A DNA stretch of 64,000 nucleotides. It comes from Candidatus Poribacteria bacterium. Lineage in GTDB: Bacteria; Poribacteria; WGA-4E; WGA-3G. A model generated the notes under the pieces. It was not told the DNA's origin, did no database searches, and saw only the letters and a list, made by a program, of their open reading frames with translations. Shown one piece after another: positions 50,868 through 60,550 of the stretch. The DNA lies in the NCBI GenBank assembly GCA_965219695.1, contig CBDCOJ010000032.1:259142-323141 (forward strand), given 5' to 3'. A program made the translations under genes and the position numbers. Positions within the stretch are counted from its first letter, which is position 1; every line of letters begins with the position of its first letter.

Positions 50868-52247
50868 ATGAATACGATCCTTATTGTAGATGACGAAAAG
50901 AACATTCTAAAAATGCTTTCCCAAGGGCTAAGCATTAAAGGTTACAATACCTTGACTGCTGCGAGTGGAGAAGAAGCGATACAGCTTTGTACATCTGAAG
51001 ATATTGATCTTGTACTATTAGATATTATGATGGAAAACGGCATAGATGGTGTTGAAACGTTGACGAAATTACTTGAACAGCACCCGCAACTCAATGTTGT
51101 GATGATGTCGGCACAGCAAGATGTTGAAATCGCTGCTAAGACAATGGAACTTGGTGCGAGGCGTTACGTCACAAAGCCGGTGAGTATGGATAAAATTCTA
51201 TCCAATATTGAGCCGTTTTTAGAACTCTCGCGCTTAACAAAAGAAAATAAAATACTGAAATCGAAAATTGTCGTGGATGATGAAATGGTAGGTGAGAGTG
51301 ACGCCGTTTTCAAACTCCGCTCCGAGATACATCAGGTCGCTGCAAGCGATCTTGGTGTTCTTATCTCTGGTGAAAACGGGACTGGTAAGCAGCTCGTTGC
51401 CAATGCAATCCATAGACATAGCAAACGGGCTGACAATCCTTTTATCCCATTAAACTGCGCAGCCTTACCTGAAGAACTTGTTGAGAGCGAACTCTTTGGA
51501 CATGAACGCGGCGCGTTTACAGGTGCTGATTCTATGCGGCAAGGACGATTTGAACTTGCTGATGGTGGCACGCTCTTCCTTGATGAAATAGGCGATATGA
51601 CTTTGAAGGCACAGGCAAAAGTACTACGCGTGCTTGAATATGGAGAGGTTGAACGGCTCGGCAGCCAGCAGATTCGGAATGTTGATGTGCGAATTATTGC
51701 TGCAACTAACAAAGACCTCCCGCAGGAAATTGAACGGGGAGAGTTTCGAACGGACCTATATTATCGTCTCAAGATTGTGCCTATTGAGGTGCCACCGCTG
51801 CGGGAACGATTAGAAGATATTCCAATACTGGTAAAATACTTTGCAGAGCGGTTACAAATGAATATGGCTTCTGCACCGAAAACTTTTGCCTCAGAAGCGT
51901 ACCCCATTTTCCAATCTTACGGCTGGCCCGGCAACATCCGTGAATTAAAAAACATCGTTGAACGGTTACTAATTATGGTAAACAGAGAGATAATTCTGCC
52001 GACTGATGTCGCTGAAGTCTTGCCGATAGAAATGGATCAAACAGAAATATACGGCACCGCTGCTGCCTATCAATCGAATACACCACTGAGCACAATGGTA
52101 GATTCAGCTGAAGCAGAATGTATCTTGGCAGCTTTAAAAGAGAATGATTGGAACATACGGAAAACCGCTGAAGTATTAGAAGTTGAAAGAAGCAATCTTT
52201 ATAAAAAGATGAACAAATACAATATTGCTCGCCCAGATTCAGGTTAA
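50868..52247 (+). CDS. Sigma-54-dependent response regulator (NtrX/NtrC-like)
   Basis: REC domain, GENGTGK, GAFTGA, WPGNIRELKN, Fis HTH. Confidence 0.93.
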   Translation: MNTILIVDDEKNILKMLSQGLSIKGYNTLTAASGEEAIQLCTSEDIDLVLLDIMMENGIDGVETLTKLLEQHPQLNVVMMSAQQDVEIAAKTMELGARRYVTKPVSMDKILSNIEPFLELSRLTKENKILKSKIVVDDEMVGESDAVFKLRSEIHQVAASDLGVLISGENGTGKQLVANAIHRHSKRADNPFIPLNCAALPEELVESELFGHERGAFTGADSMRQGRFELADGGTLFLDEIGDMTLKAQAKVLRVLEYGEVERLGSQQIRNVDVRIIAATNKDLPQEIERGEFRTDLYYRLKIVPIEVPPLRERLEDIPILVKYFAERLQMNMASAPKTFASEAYPIFQSYGWPGNIRELKNIVERLLIMVNREIILPTDVAEVLPIEMDQTEIYGTAAAYQSNTPLSTMVDSAEAECILAALKENDWNIRKTAEVLEVERSNLYKKMNKYNIARPDSG

Positions 52248-52260
52248 ATTGCTTTAGGTC

Positions 52261-52287
52261 GTAGGGCGGACCTCTGTGCCTGCCTAC
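52261..52287 (+). repeat. GTAG REP-like palindrome
   Basis: GTAGGGCGGACCTCTGTGCCTGCCTAC. Confidence 0.55.
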
Positions 52288-52316
52288 GCTCCAAAACTGA
52301 TAGCCACAATGAAAAT

Positions 52317-52736
52317 ATGCACAAAAACAGCGGCATGACTCGTATTCAACTTCTTATATTGCTTGTAGTTGTGATTTTGATTGGCGTGCTTTCTTATCCT
52401 CCTTGGGCAGAATATAGAAAAGTCAGTCAAGCAGATGTAGACGTTGAAGTGCTCGCAATAGCAATAAAGAAATACTACAAACACACGCAGACGTATCCAA
52501 CAAGTTTGGAGCAACTTGTAACCGATCCGGGCGTGGAAGGATGGCGCGGTACATATCTAAAATCCGTCCCCAAAACCCCTTGGGGTGGGAACTATGCGCT
52601 AATACGAGAAAACTATAAAGTTGGAATTGCAAAAAATCATCCGCGTGTCCCAGCAAAATATTGCATAGGTGGGATTGCTGAAATTAGTAAAGTTTATCAC
52701 GCGAACGCTGCACAAGGCGAAAAATATTGGTGGTAA
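52317..52736 (+). CDS. Type II secretion pseudopilin GspG-like protein
   Basis: G|MTRIQLL prepilin-like leader; YPTSLEQLV..GWRGTYL..PKTPWG motif. Confidence 0.8.
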   Translation: MHKNSGMTRIQLLILLVVVILIGVLSYPPWAEYRKVSQADVDVEVLAIAIKKYYKHTQTYPTSLEQLVTDPGVEGWRGTYLKSVPKTPWGGNYALIRENYKVGIAKNHPRVPAKYCIGGIAEISKVYHANAAQGEKYWW

Positions 52737-52739
52737 TCT

Positions 52740-53555
52740 GTGATTTGGATACAAATTCTCATTTTTCTATTAGGATTAGCAATTGGCAGTTTCCTCAATG
52801 TCTGTATCTACCGTATTCCTCGCTCAGATATGTCTATTTATTCGCCGCGCCGATCCTTTTGCCCTGAATGTAATCAATCAATAAAATTTTACGACAATAT
52901 CCCACTTTTAAGTTATCTATTTTTACGGGGCAAGTGTCGGCATTGTAAAGCGAAAATATCTATCCTCTATCCGATAGTTGAACTTACTACAGCGGTACTA
53001 TTTCTCGTGATGTATTACCAATTCGGAAGAACGCTTGAGTTTGTACATGCACTCATTTTTGTGGCGGTGTTGATACCTATTTTTGTAATTGATGCGCAGC
53101 ATTACATTATTCCGAATGCTATAAGTCTCACAGGATTAGTCCTTGGGTTGGGAATTGTGTCTGCAATCGCTTATCAGCGCGATAGCATTGACTACCTACG
53201 AACAGGACTTATTGGGTTTGTAGCAGGTGGACTGGTGATATGGTTAGTTGCGTTTATTGGGAGTGCTATTATGCGGAAAAAAGCGATGGGAATGGGGGAT
53301 GTTAAACTCATGGCTATTATAGGTTTGTTTCTCGGTGTGTGGCAAGAACCCATCTGGTGGCAAAGCCTTATAATGGTGATAGCGTTGTCTGCTTTCAGTG
53401 GTGCAGTTGTTGGCACGCTGCTGATAGCAACGGGTAAGAAAGACAGGAAAAGTCCGATACCTTATGGTCCTTTTATTGCAATTGCTGCGGTGGTAGTGCT
53501 GTTGTGGGGTGATCCTCTCTGGGAGAAATACTTGCAATTGACTGGATGGAATTAA
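52740..53555 (+). CDS. pilD: Prepilin peptidase/N-methyltransferase
   Basis: GSFLNVCIYRIP, CxxC pairs, DNIP, MGMGDVKL, IPYGPF. Confidence 0.92.
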   Translation: MIWIQILIFLLGLAIGSFLNVCIYRIPRSDMSIYSPRRSFCPECNQSIKFYDNIPLLSYLFLRGKCRHCKAKISILYPIVELTTAVLFLVMYYQFGRTLEFVHALIFVAVLIPIFVIDAQHYIIPNAISLTGLVLGLGIVSAIAYQRDSIDYLRTGLIGFVAGGLVIWLVAFIGSAIMRKKAMGMGDVKLMAIIGLFLGVWQEPIWWQSLIMVIALSAFSGAVVGTLLIATGKKDRKSPIPYGPFIAIAAVVVLLWGDPLWEKYLQLTGWN

Positions 53556-53559
53556 CATG

Positions 53560-53584
53560 GTAGCAGGCACGCTCCGCGTGCCGT
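53560..53584 (+). repeat. GTAG REP-like palindrome
   Basis: GTAGCAGGCACGCTCCGCGTGCCGT. Confidence 0.5.
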
Positions 53585-53609
53585 TGCTGTAAAATGTGAA
53601 GGAGAAGAT

Positions 53610-56141
53610 ATGAACAGAAACTTTAATATTTTTTGCACAATTATCTGTTTACTGGCACTTCTTGTGAGTTATCAAATCGCACATGCCCAACAGAATCTTG
53701 CCCAGCAAGCGTTCACTATTTTTGAACAACACTGCCTCGACTGCCACGGTGAATTCGGGTCCTATGCGGATGTTCTCACGATCAAGCATGCAAATTTAAT
53801 TGAAGACAAATCAGTCCTTCCACGTCAACCCGATGCCTCCGAATTCTATCTGCGTTTACTTGGTGATACAGATAACGGTTCGCAAATGCCGTTAGGGCAA
53901 GACCCGTTAGACGACGAGGCAATCGCTACGATTCGCCGTTGGATTGAAGCAGGCGCGCCAGATTGGGAAGCAATTCCTAAGCCCAAACGCGACTTCATTA
54001 CTACCGAGGCGATGCTCAAATCCATCCATACCCATGTGACATCTCTCTCTGACTTTGACCGTTCCTTCGCGCGTTATTTTACATTGACGCATCTTTACAA
54101 TGCAGGCGCAACAGATGCAAACCTCCGTGCCTATCGGATTGCCTTATCAAAACTGATAAATAGTCTCTCTTGGGGTGCCGAGGTGATTAAACCGAAACCG
54201 ATTGACCAAGAGGAGACAATCTTTTACATTGACCTCCGAAACTATGAGTGGGACATCAAAACTGACAAGTGGTATAAAATTGAGCAAGCATATCCCTACG
54301 GTGTGCAGTTAAAGTTTGCCACATACACAACGTTATGTGAAGAGACAGACTGCGAATTGCCGTTTATCCGTGCCGATTGGTTCATCGCCACTGCTTCACT
54401 ACCGCCGCTTTACCATGAAATTCTTGACCTGCCAAAAACTGACCGAGAATTAGAAACAAAACTTGAAGTGAACATTGCTGAAAACCTTAAGAATGCCCCA
54501 GGTGTTCGCGTCTGGCGGGCAGGTTTTAGCGAATCTGGCGTATCCGTTAACAACCGCATTGTGGAACGCCATAAATCGCGGTACGGTGCATATTGGAAAT
54601 CCTACGACTTTGCGGGGAATGTGGGCAAACAGAATATTTTTACGCATCCGCTTGATTTTACGCATGATGGCGGTGAGATTATCTTCAATCTTCCCAACGG
54701 ATTGCAGGCATACTATCTCTCCACAGCCACAGGTGAACGGCTTGACGAAGCACCGATTAACATCGTCTCAGATGCGGGCGCAAGAGACCCTGTTGTTCGT
54801 AATGGACTATCGTGCATGGGCTGTCACACAGAAGGAATGAAGACGTTTGAAGATGGGATACGTAAGGTTATTGTCCAGAGTCAGAATCCATTTTATGACA
54901 AAGCACAAGCGTTGCGTCTCTATGCTGAAAAGTCAACGATGGCTCGTCTTGTCCGTGAGGATATTGCGCGGTATCGGCAAGCGATTGAAGCGGCTGGTGG
55001 TGTTTTCGGTGGTAGCGAACCGATACAGCAACTCGTTAGACAGTTTGAGGGACCGCTTGATGCTGCACACGCTGCAGCAGAGGTAGGATTAAAAACCGAT
55101 GATTTTCTGAAAAAGATTCGTGAGAATAGTACGCTGCAGAATGCAGGGTTGTTGGTGCTTGGGGTTGAGAAAGGGAGTGTTAAGCGGGATGCATGGGAGT
55201 CGGAATTTGGAAAAATGGTGTTTGCATTGAATCTTCTAAATTCTGATTCAGCTCAATTTTACAAAATTCGTGGAAAAGCGAGGTATGACAACGGACAATA
55301 TGAGGCTGCTATTGCTGATTATAATGAGGCACTTCGTATAAAACCTGATGATTTTAAAACCTACTACAATCGGGGAAGAGCAAAAGGGCAGCTGGGACAA
55401 TATGAGTCAGCTGTCTCTGACTTTAACGTGGTCATCCGCATAAAACCCGATTCAGCAAATGCCTACTTCCTTAGAGGATTTTCGAAGCAAAGTATAAAAC
55501 GGTATGATTCTGCGATAGCTGACTATGATGCTGCCCTTCGTATAAAATCGGATGATGCTGAAGCTTACAAAAATCGTGGACTTGCGAAGCACGAACTGGG
55601 TCAATATGAGTCTGCCATTTCTGATTATGATGCTGCCCTTCGTATAAAGTTGGACGATGCTGAAGTTTACTACGATCGTGGACTTGCGAAGCACAAGTTG
55701 GGTCGATATAATGCAGCCATTTCTGATTATGACGCTGCCCTTCGCATAAAGCCTGATTTTGCCCTTGCCTATAACAATCGTGGACTTGTGAAGCACGAAC
55801 TGGGTCAATATGAGTCTGCCATTTCTGATTATGATGCTGCTCTTAGCGTAAAACCAGAAGTTGTTGAAGCTTATGTCAGTAGGGGATACACTAAACTGGC
55901 TTTGGGACAGTATAAAGATGTTATTTCTGACTGTGACGCTGCTCTTCAAATAGATCCAGATTCTGCCGAAGCTTATTACAATCGTGGAATTGCCAAGCAC
56001 GAGTTAGGTAGAACGTGGGGGGCAAAAAGTGATCTACAAACTGCATTGAAATTAGCAGGTGCGGCAGGGAATCACCATCTCAAAACTTCCATTCAGCAGT
56101 TTATCCAAGAACTTGAAGCTGGAAAGAGTCCAAATAGATAA
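53610..56141 (+). CDS. Exported cytochrome c (planctomycete-type) domain plus TPR protein
   Basis: Signal peptide; CLDCH..MP..WIEAGA; second heme motif CMGCH; about 8 C-terminal TPRs. Confidence 0.85.
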   Translation: MNRNFNIFCTIICLLALLVSYQIAHAQQNLAQQAFTIFEQHCLDCHGEFGSYADVLTIKHANLIEDKSVLPRQPDASEFYLRLLGDTDNGSQMPLGQDPLDDEAIATIRRWIEAGAPDWEAIPKPKRDFITTEAMLKSIHTHVTSLSDFDRSFARYFTLTHLYNAGATDANLRAYRIALSKLINSLSWGAEVIKPKPIDQEETIFYIDLRNYEWDIKTDKWYKIEQAYPYGVQLKFATYTTLCEETDCELPFIRADWFIATASLPPLYHEILDLPKTDRELETKLEVNIAENLKNAPGVRVWRAGFSESGVSVNNRIVERHKSRYGAYWKSYDFAGNVGKQNIFTHPLDFTHDGGEIIFNLPNGLQAYYLSTATGERLDEAPINIVSDAGARDPVVRNGLSCMGCHTEGMKTFEDGIRKVIVQSQNPFYDKAQALRLYAEKSTMARLVREDIARYRQAIEAAGGVFGGSEPIQQLVRQFEGPLDAAHAAAEVGLKTDDFLKKIRENSTLQNAGLLVLGVEKGSVKRDAWESEFGKMVFALNLLNSDSAQFYKIRGKARYDNGQYEAAIADYNEALRIKPDDFKTYYNRGRAKGQLGQYESAVSDFNVVIRIKPDSANAYFLRGFSKQSIKRYDSAIADYDAALRIKSDDAEAYKNRGLAKHELGQYESAISDYDAALRIKLDDAEVYYDRGLAKHKLGRYNAAISDYDAALRIKPDFALAYNNRGLVKHELGQYESAISDYDAALSVKPEVVEAYVSRGYTKLALGQYKDVISDCDAALQIDPDSAEAYYNRGIAKHELGRTWGAKSDLQTALKLAGAAGNHHLKTSIQQFIQELEAGKSPNR

Positions 56142-56175
56142 AGATACCTTTACCATCTATAAATTGGAGAAAGCA

Positions 56176-57858
56176 ATGGATATCCCAAATCAATCCAATC
56201 CTCGAACTGAGTTAAATAGAATTTTAGAAATAATTCAAGAGATAAAGGAGAAGTCTCTTGATGGCGATTACATCTATCGTGGTGAACCTCAGTGCTATGA
56301 GAAAATCACCTCAACTCTTTATCGTAAATTAGAAGCTGTTGGATTATTACATCTTGGTGTAGAATATATCCAAAAATCAGAATTGCTGCATGCTAAAGAG
56401 TACACTGACGAAACGGAAGAACTTGAAATTTTAACTGAAATCCAACACTTCGGCGGTAAAACTAATCTAATAGATTTTACAACCGACTATCTCATTGCCT
56501 TATTTTTTGCTTGCAACGGTTCCCCTTTTAAAGATGGTAGGGTTATCTTGGAAAATAAAAACGGGGTTGTCAAAGACTGGGTTAAAGAACTTCCAAACCT
56601 ACACCCAGGAAGTCGTCCTGAGGCACAGAAGAGCGTGTTTATCCGACCTCCTGATGGCTTTATTGAACCTGATAAGAAAGTCGTAATTCCGAAATCCCTT
56701 AAACGTCCCTTGTTAGAATATCTCGAAAAAGAATATGAGATATTTGCGCAAAATATCTATCACGATCTCATTGGTTTTATTGGAGGTCAGGACATTCGTT
56801 GGGGTGTTTATGGAGAGTTGGATAAAGGAGTTGCTTATCAAAAAAGTGGAGATGAAATTAAAAACCCGGAAGAAAAAGACAAGTCTTATCAGCAGGCAAT
56901 TGAGCATTTTACCAATGCAATACAACTAATGCCAGAATTTGCGGAGGCATATATTGATCTCGGTTTTGCCTACTTTTCTAAAGGCGATCTTGATATTGCT
57001 ATTGATAACTATGATAAAGCAATAGAGTTGGATTCGCAATTGGCTCGTGCCTATAATCATCGTGGTAACGCTTACCAAGAGAGAAATGAAACTGATAGGG
57101 CAATTAAGGATCACAACCTAGCAATAGAGCTGGATCCAAATGATGCTATTTTCTATAATAATCGCGGTATTGCCTACGGTGAAAGAAGAGAGCCCAATCT
57201 TGCCATCAAAGATTTTGACAAAGCAATTGATCTCAAACCAGACTATGAGTTGGCTTATAACAATCGTGGTGCTGTCTATCGCAGCAAAGGCGAGTATGAT
57301 AAAGCTATAGAAGACTGCAACGAGGCCATACGACTGAAATCAGATTATGCTGAGCCGTATAGCAATAGAGGTAGTGCTTACCGGAACAAAGGTGAGATTG
57401 ACCTTGCCATTGAGGATTATAATAAGGCTATACAATTGAAACCGAATTTTGTTCAAGCTTATTATAATCGTGGTCTTGCTTACCATGAAAAAGGTAAATT
57501 GGATCTTGCTATCAAAGACTATAGTAAGGCGGTAGACTTGAATCCAAAACTCTTTCATCCTTATTATAATCGTGGTAATGCTTATCTCCAAAAACGCAAT
57601 TTTTATAGTGCTATTGAAGATTATAGTAAGACAATAGAATTAAATTCAGAACTTGGTGAGGCATATAATAATCGCGGTGAAGCATGGTTACATCTCAGAG
57701 AGTGGGATAAAGCTAAATCAGACCTTACAGTTGCTAAAAACACAGGGGTAGATATTGTCAAAGCGTTTCATAACGCGTATGAGAATATTTCAACATTTGA
57801 GCGGAAAAATGACTTAAAAGTGCCAGAAGACATCGCTGCAATGTTGACGCAGCCATAG
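56176..57858 (+). CDS. FRG-domain plus TPR protein (start MDIPNQ)
   Basis: YIYRGE, STLYR, QHFGGKTNLIDFT, ALFFAC; about 9 TPRs. Confidence 0.85.
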   Translation: MDIPNQSNPRTELNRILEIIQEIKEKSLDGDYIYRGEPQCYEKITSTLYRKLEAVGLLHLGVEYIQKSELLHAKEYTDETEELEILTEIQHFGGKTNLIDFTTDYLIALFFACNGSPFKDGRVILENKNGVVKDWVKELPNLHPGSRPEAQKSVFIRPPDGFIEPDKKVVIPKSLKRPLLEYLEKEYEIFAQNIYHDLIGFIGGQDIRWGVYGELDKGVAYQKSGDEIKNPEEKDKSYQQAIEHFTNAIQLMPEFAEAYIDLGFAYFSKGDLDIAIDNYDKAIELDSQLARAYNHRGNAYQERNETDRAIKDHNLAIELDPNDAIFYNNRGIAYGERREPNLAIKDFDKAIDLKPDYELAYNNRGAVYRSKGEYDKAIEDCNEAIRLKSDYAEPYSNRGSAYRNKGEIDLAIEDYNKAIQLKPNFVQAYYNRGLAYHEKGKLDLAIKDYSKAVDLNPKLFHPYYNRGNAYLQKRNFYSAIEDYSKTIELNSELGEAYNNRGEAWLHLREWDKAKSDLTVAKNTGVDIVKAFHNAYENISTFERKNDLKVPEDIAAMLTQP

Positions 57859-57891
57859 ATGTAAATTATTACAAATCATAAGGAGGATTTC

Positions 57892-58461
57892 ATGGACGTA
57901 AAAGATGCCATACTTTCAAGACGAACCATTTTCAAATTCAAACAGGAACCTGTGCCGAACGATGTAATTGAACAGATTTTCAGTTACGGAATATGGGCAC
58001 CGAATCACCATGTCACAGAACCGTGGCGGTTTACCGTCCTCGGTGAAAAAACGAAGTTGACCCTGGCACAGCGTTACCGAGAAATTAAGATGGAGGACAC
58101 ACCAGACCACGTTGATGCGGAGAATCTGGCAAAGATAGGCGAATTGGCTTACGAAAAATTCATGTCTAAGCCAACGATTATCGCTGTGTCTTGTGTCCAA
58201 GACGGAGATGAACAACGGCAACGTGAGGATTATGCCGCTGCCTGTTGTGCAATGCAGAACGTCCAACTCGCTGCCTGGGATGCAGGTGTCGGCATGCAGT
58301 GGAGCACCGGCAGAATCACGATGGAAGAAAAGACCTATCAGTTGCTTGGGATAGATTCATCGCAGGAATACATCATCGGTTTTTTCTATACCGGTTATCC
58401 TGCAGAAATAAAAGAACCGAAACGCAAACCCGCGGCTGAATTTATCCGATGGGTGGCTTAG
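57892..58461 (+). CDS. Nitroreductase family protein (YdjA-like)
   Basis: RRTI..F, WAPNHHVTEPWRF, MQN..LAAW..GVG..WSTG. Confidence 0.9.
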   Translation: MDVKDAILSRRTIFKFKQEPVPNDVIEQIFSYGIWAPNHHVTEPWRFTVLGEKTKLTLAQRYREIKMEDTPDHVDAENLAKIGELAYEKFMSKPTIIAVSCVQDGDEQRQREDYAAACCAMQNVQLAAWDAGVGMQWSTGRITMEEKTYQLLGIDSSQEYIIGFFYTGYPAEIKEPKRKPAAEFIRWVA

Positions 58462-58586
58462 TAGTTGTCAGTTATCGGTTATCAGTAAAATCGATGCGTG
58501 GCAGTTAGAAAGGTTTGTAACTGCCACAAGTTTTCCCGCTGACAATTGAAAGTGAGCGTAGCGAACGCTCTGACTACTGACAACTA
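58459..58586. repeat. Inverted heptamer arrays flanking a hairpin between convergent genes
   Basis: TAGTTGTCAGTTATCGGTTATCAG ... GTGGCAGTTA/TAACTGCCAC ... CTGACTACTGACAACTA. Confidence 0.7.
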
Positions 58587-59417
58587 TTCAAACTGATATG
58601 CTGCTTTAGCATTTTGCCAGAAGAACTTTGCCTTAACTTCATCGCCTTTCGGACTGAAGTAGTCGTTCACAATTTTTTGCACGACTTTATACTCTGCGAA
58701 CCGTTCAGATACAGGCCAGTTGCTTCCGTAGATGAGCCTATCTTCACCAAACGCCTTCCATAAAACATCTATTGTTGGCGTGTAGTAGGCAACGTCTTCA
58801 GGCGCAGGTGTTTGTCCTGTATGTTCCGCTAAACCCGATACCTTGCAGTAGACATTCGGATAGCGTGCAACTTCCTGTATCGTTGAAACCCACGCGGCAT
58901 CAGGTGGATTACCATCAACCCGAACGCCTGCGATGTGGTTAATTACAACACGCATTGTCGGTATATGTTCAACCAAGGCAGGCACGTTCCTTAACGCGTC
59001 AGGATTTATGAGGAGGTCTAAGGTCAGTTCCTTCTCTGCCAATTTCTCTATATTCTTCATGAAGTCTGTATTACCGAGTGCTTGAAGATGACCGCCACCG
59101 AGACGGATCCCTCGGAAAAGCGGATTGGCAGAAAAACGATTGAGGTTATCTTCAAAATCGGCATCGTTTGGGTTTAAATTGCCAACGAACCCAACAATAA
59201 ACGGTTCATTCGCAGCAAGGTCGAGAATCCACTGGTTGTCTTCAAGCCACCTGCTTGCCTCAACGACTACAGTTCCCGTTACACCTTCAGGCATAGCAAG
59301 TTTTTTGTAATCGTCCGGCATGACCTTTCGGTAAAGCAGATCATCATTAGGGTTCGGCCACGGCACGCCTTCTGGTCGCGTGGGATCATAAAAATGCGTA
59401 TGTGTATCAATAATCAT
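58584..59417 (-). CDS. Amidohydrolase family 2 (L-fuconolactonase-like)
   Basis: IIDTHTH, VINHIA, CKVSGL, FGEDRLIYGSNWP. Confidence 0.88.
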   Translation of the reverse strand: MIIDTHTHFYDPTRPEGVPWPNPNDDLLYRKVMPDDYKKLAMPEGVTGTVVVEASRWLEDNQWILDLAANEPFIVGFVGNLNPNDADFEDNLNRFSANPLFRGIRLGGGHLQALGNTDFMKNIEKLAEKELTLDLLINPDALRNVPALVEHIPTMRVVINHIAGVRVDGNPPDAAWVSTIQEVARYPNVYCKVSGLAEHTGQTPAPEDVAYYTPTIDVLWKAFGEDRLIYGSNWPVSERFAEYKVVQKIVNDYFSPKGDEVKAKFFWQNAKAAYQFE

Positions 59418-60281
59418 CAATCCTCTTACTCCTCTTCTAACGTTATAGGGAAACCATATCTCCGTGTTTTAACACTTCTTTTTGTCCTCCTGCTAACCTA
59501 CTTTCTATACGGATGTCCTGCTCCCGATGAGGCACAACAGCAGCGAAGAGAACTTCAGCGCGATGCTTTAAAACTCGAAATGGGACAAGAACTCAATCCG
59601 ATTGATCCGGAAGGGCATGTCGCTTTAGGAAAAATCTATCACCAGTTAGGAGAACATGAAAAGGCAATAGAATCCTTCCAAACAGCACTTTCACTGGACG
59701 ACAAACATCAGCATGCGTATAACAACTTGGGGTTGGTTTACGTTGACCTCCGTTTATTTGTTTTAGCAATAAACATGTTTCAAGCAGCACTTGAAATAGC
59801 ACCAGAAAATCCTGCCTTTTATAATAATCTTGGTTATGCTTACGACATGTCAGACAGGTTTGATGAAGCATTGGAGGCTTACCGCAACGCCTTGGATGCC
59901 GATCCAGCGTTCGTGGATACCTACTACAACCTTGGGGATGCTTATTTAAACCGAGAATCTTATCCGGAGGCTATTCAGTATTACAAAGCGGGAATAGAAC
60001 TTGATGGCGGTGATGCTACGGTCTATTTTAACCTTGGTCTGGCTTACGAAGAAACCAATGAAGTTCTCAACGCTATCCAAGCCTATGAGAAAGGTGTGTC
60101 TTTAGATGCTGATGAAATAGAGGTTTACTATCGTCTTGCGCTGGCATATCAGAAAAAGACGGATTACGTTATGATGAACCGTTATTTAGACACGTTTCTT
60201 GAAAAGGCAGAAGGTATACCTCGCTTTAAAAAACAATATCTTACTGCTAAACGGTTGCGTCAGACATCGGATAATAGGTAA
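59394..60281 (+). CDS. TPR lipoprotein (start uncertain)
   Basis: Hydrophobic stretch with lipobox LYGC; AYNNLG TPRs. Confidence 0.75.
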   Translation: MRMCINNHQSSYSSSNVIGKPYLRVLTLLFVLLLTYFLYGCPAPDEAQQQRRELQRDALKLEMGQELNPIDPEGHVALGKIYHQLGEHEKAIESFQTALSLDDKHQHAYNNLGLVYVDLRLFVLAINMFQAALEIAPENPAFYNNLGYAYDMSDRFDEALEAYRNALDADPAFVDTYYNLGDAYLNRESYPEAIQYYKAGIELDGGDATVYFNLGLAYEETNEVLNAIQAYEKGVSLDADEIEVYYRLALAYQKKTDYVMMNRYLDTFLEKAEGIPRFKKQYLTAKRLRQTSDNR

Positions 60282-60289
60282 ACCTATAA

Positions 60290-60533
60290 GTTGGATTTTG
60301 CTATCCGCTCTACCCATAGGTGTCAACTTAAGGCTATATCCATTGTTGGAGGGGTTTTCAACCCGATTTCATAGGTTGAGACCCACAATATCGGGCTTAC
60401 AAAGCCCTCCAACCAGAAAAAATCCAGTAACTTTTTCTTAAGTTGACACTATGGGTTGAACTGCAGGTGAAACCCAACATTTGCAGGCTGTAAAAGCACT
60501 ACATGTTGGGTTTCGTGCCTTAACCCAACCTAC
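60290..60533. mobile_element. MITE with GTGTCAACTTAAG TIRs (60317-60451) containing an inverted REP pair, embedded in a REP cluster
   Basis: TAGGTGTCAACTTAAG...CTTAAGTTGACACTA; flanked by TTGGG..CCCAA palindromes. Confidence 0.75.
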
Positions 60534-60550
60534 GATCTGTGATTTCTAAC

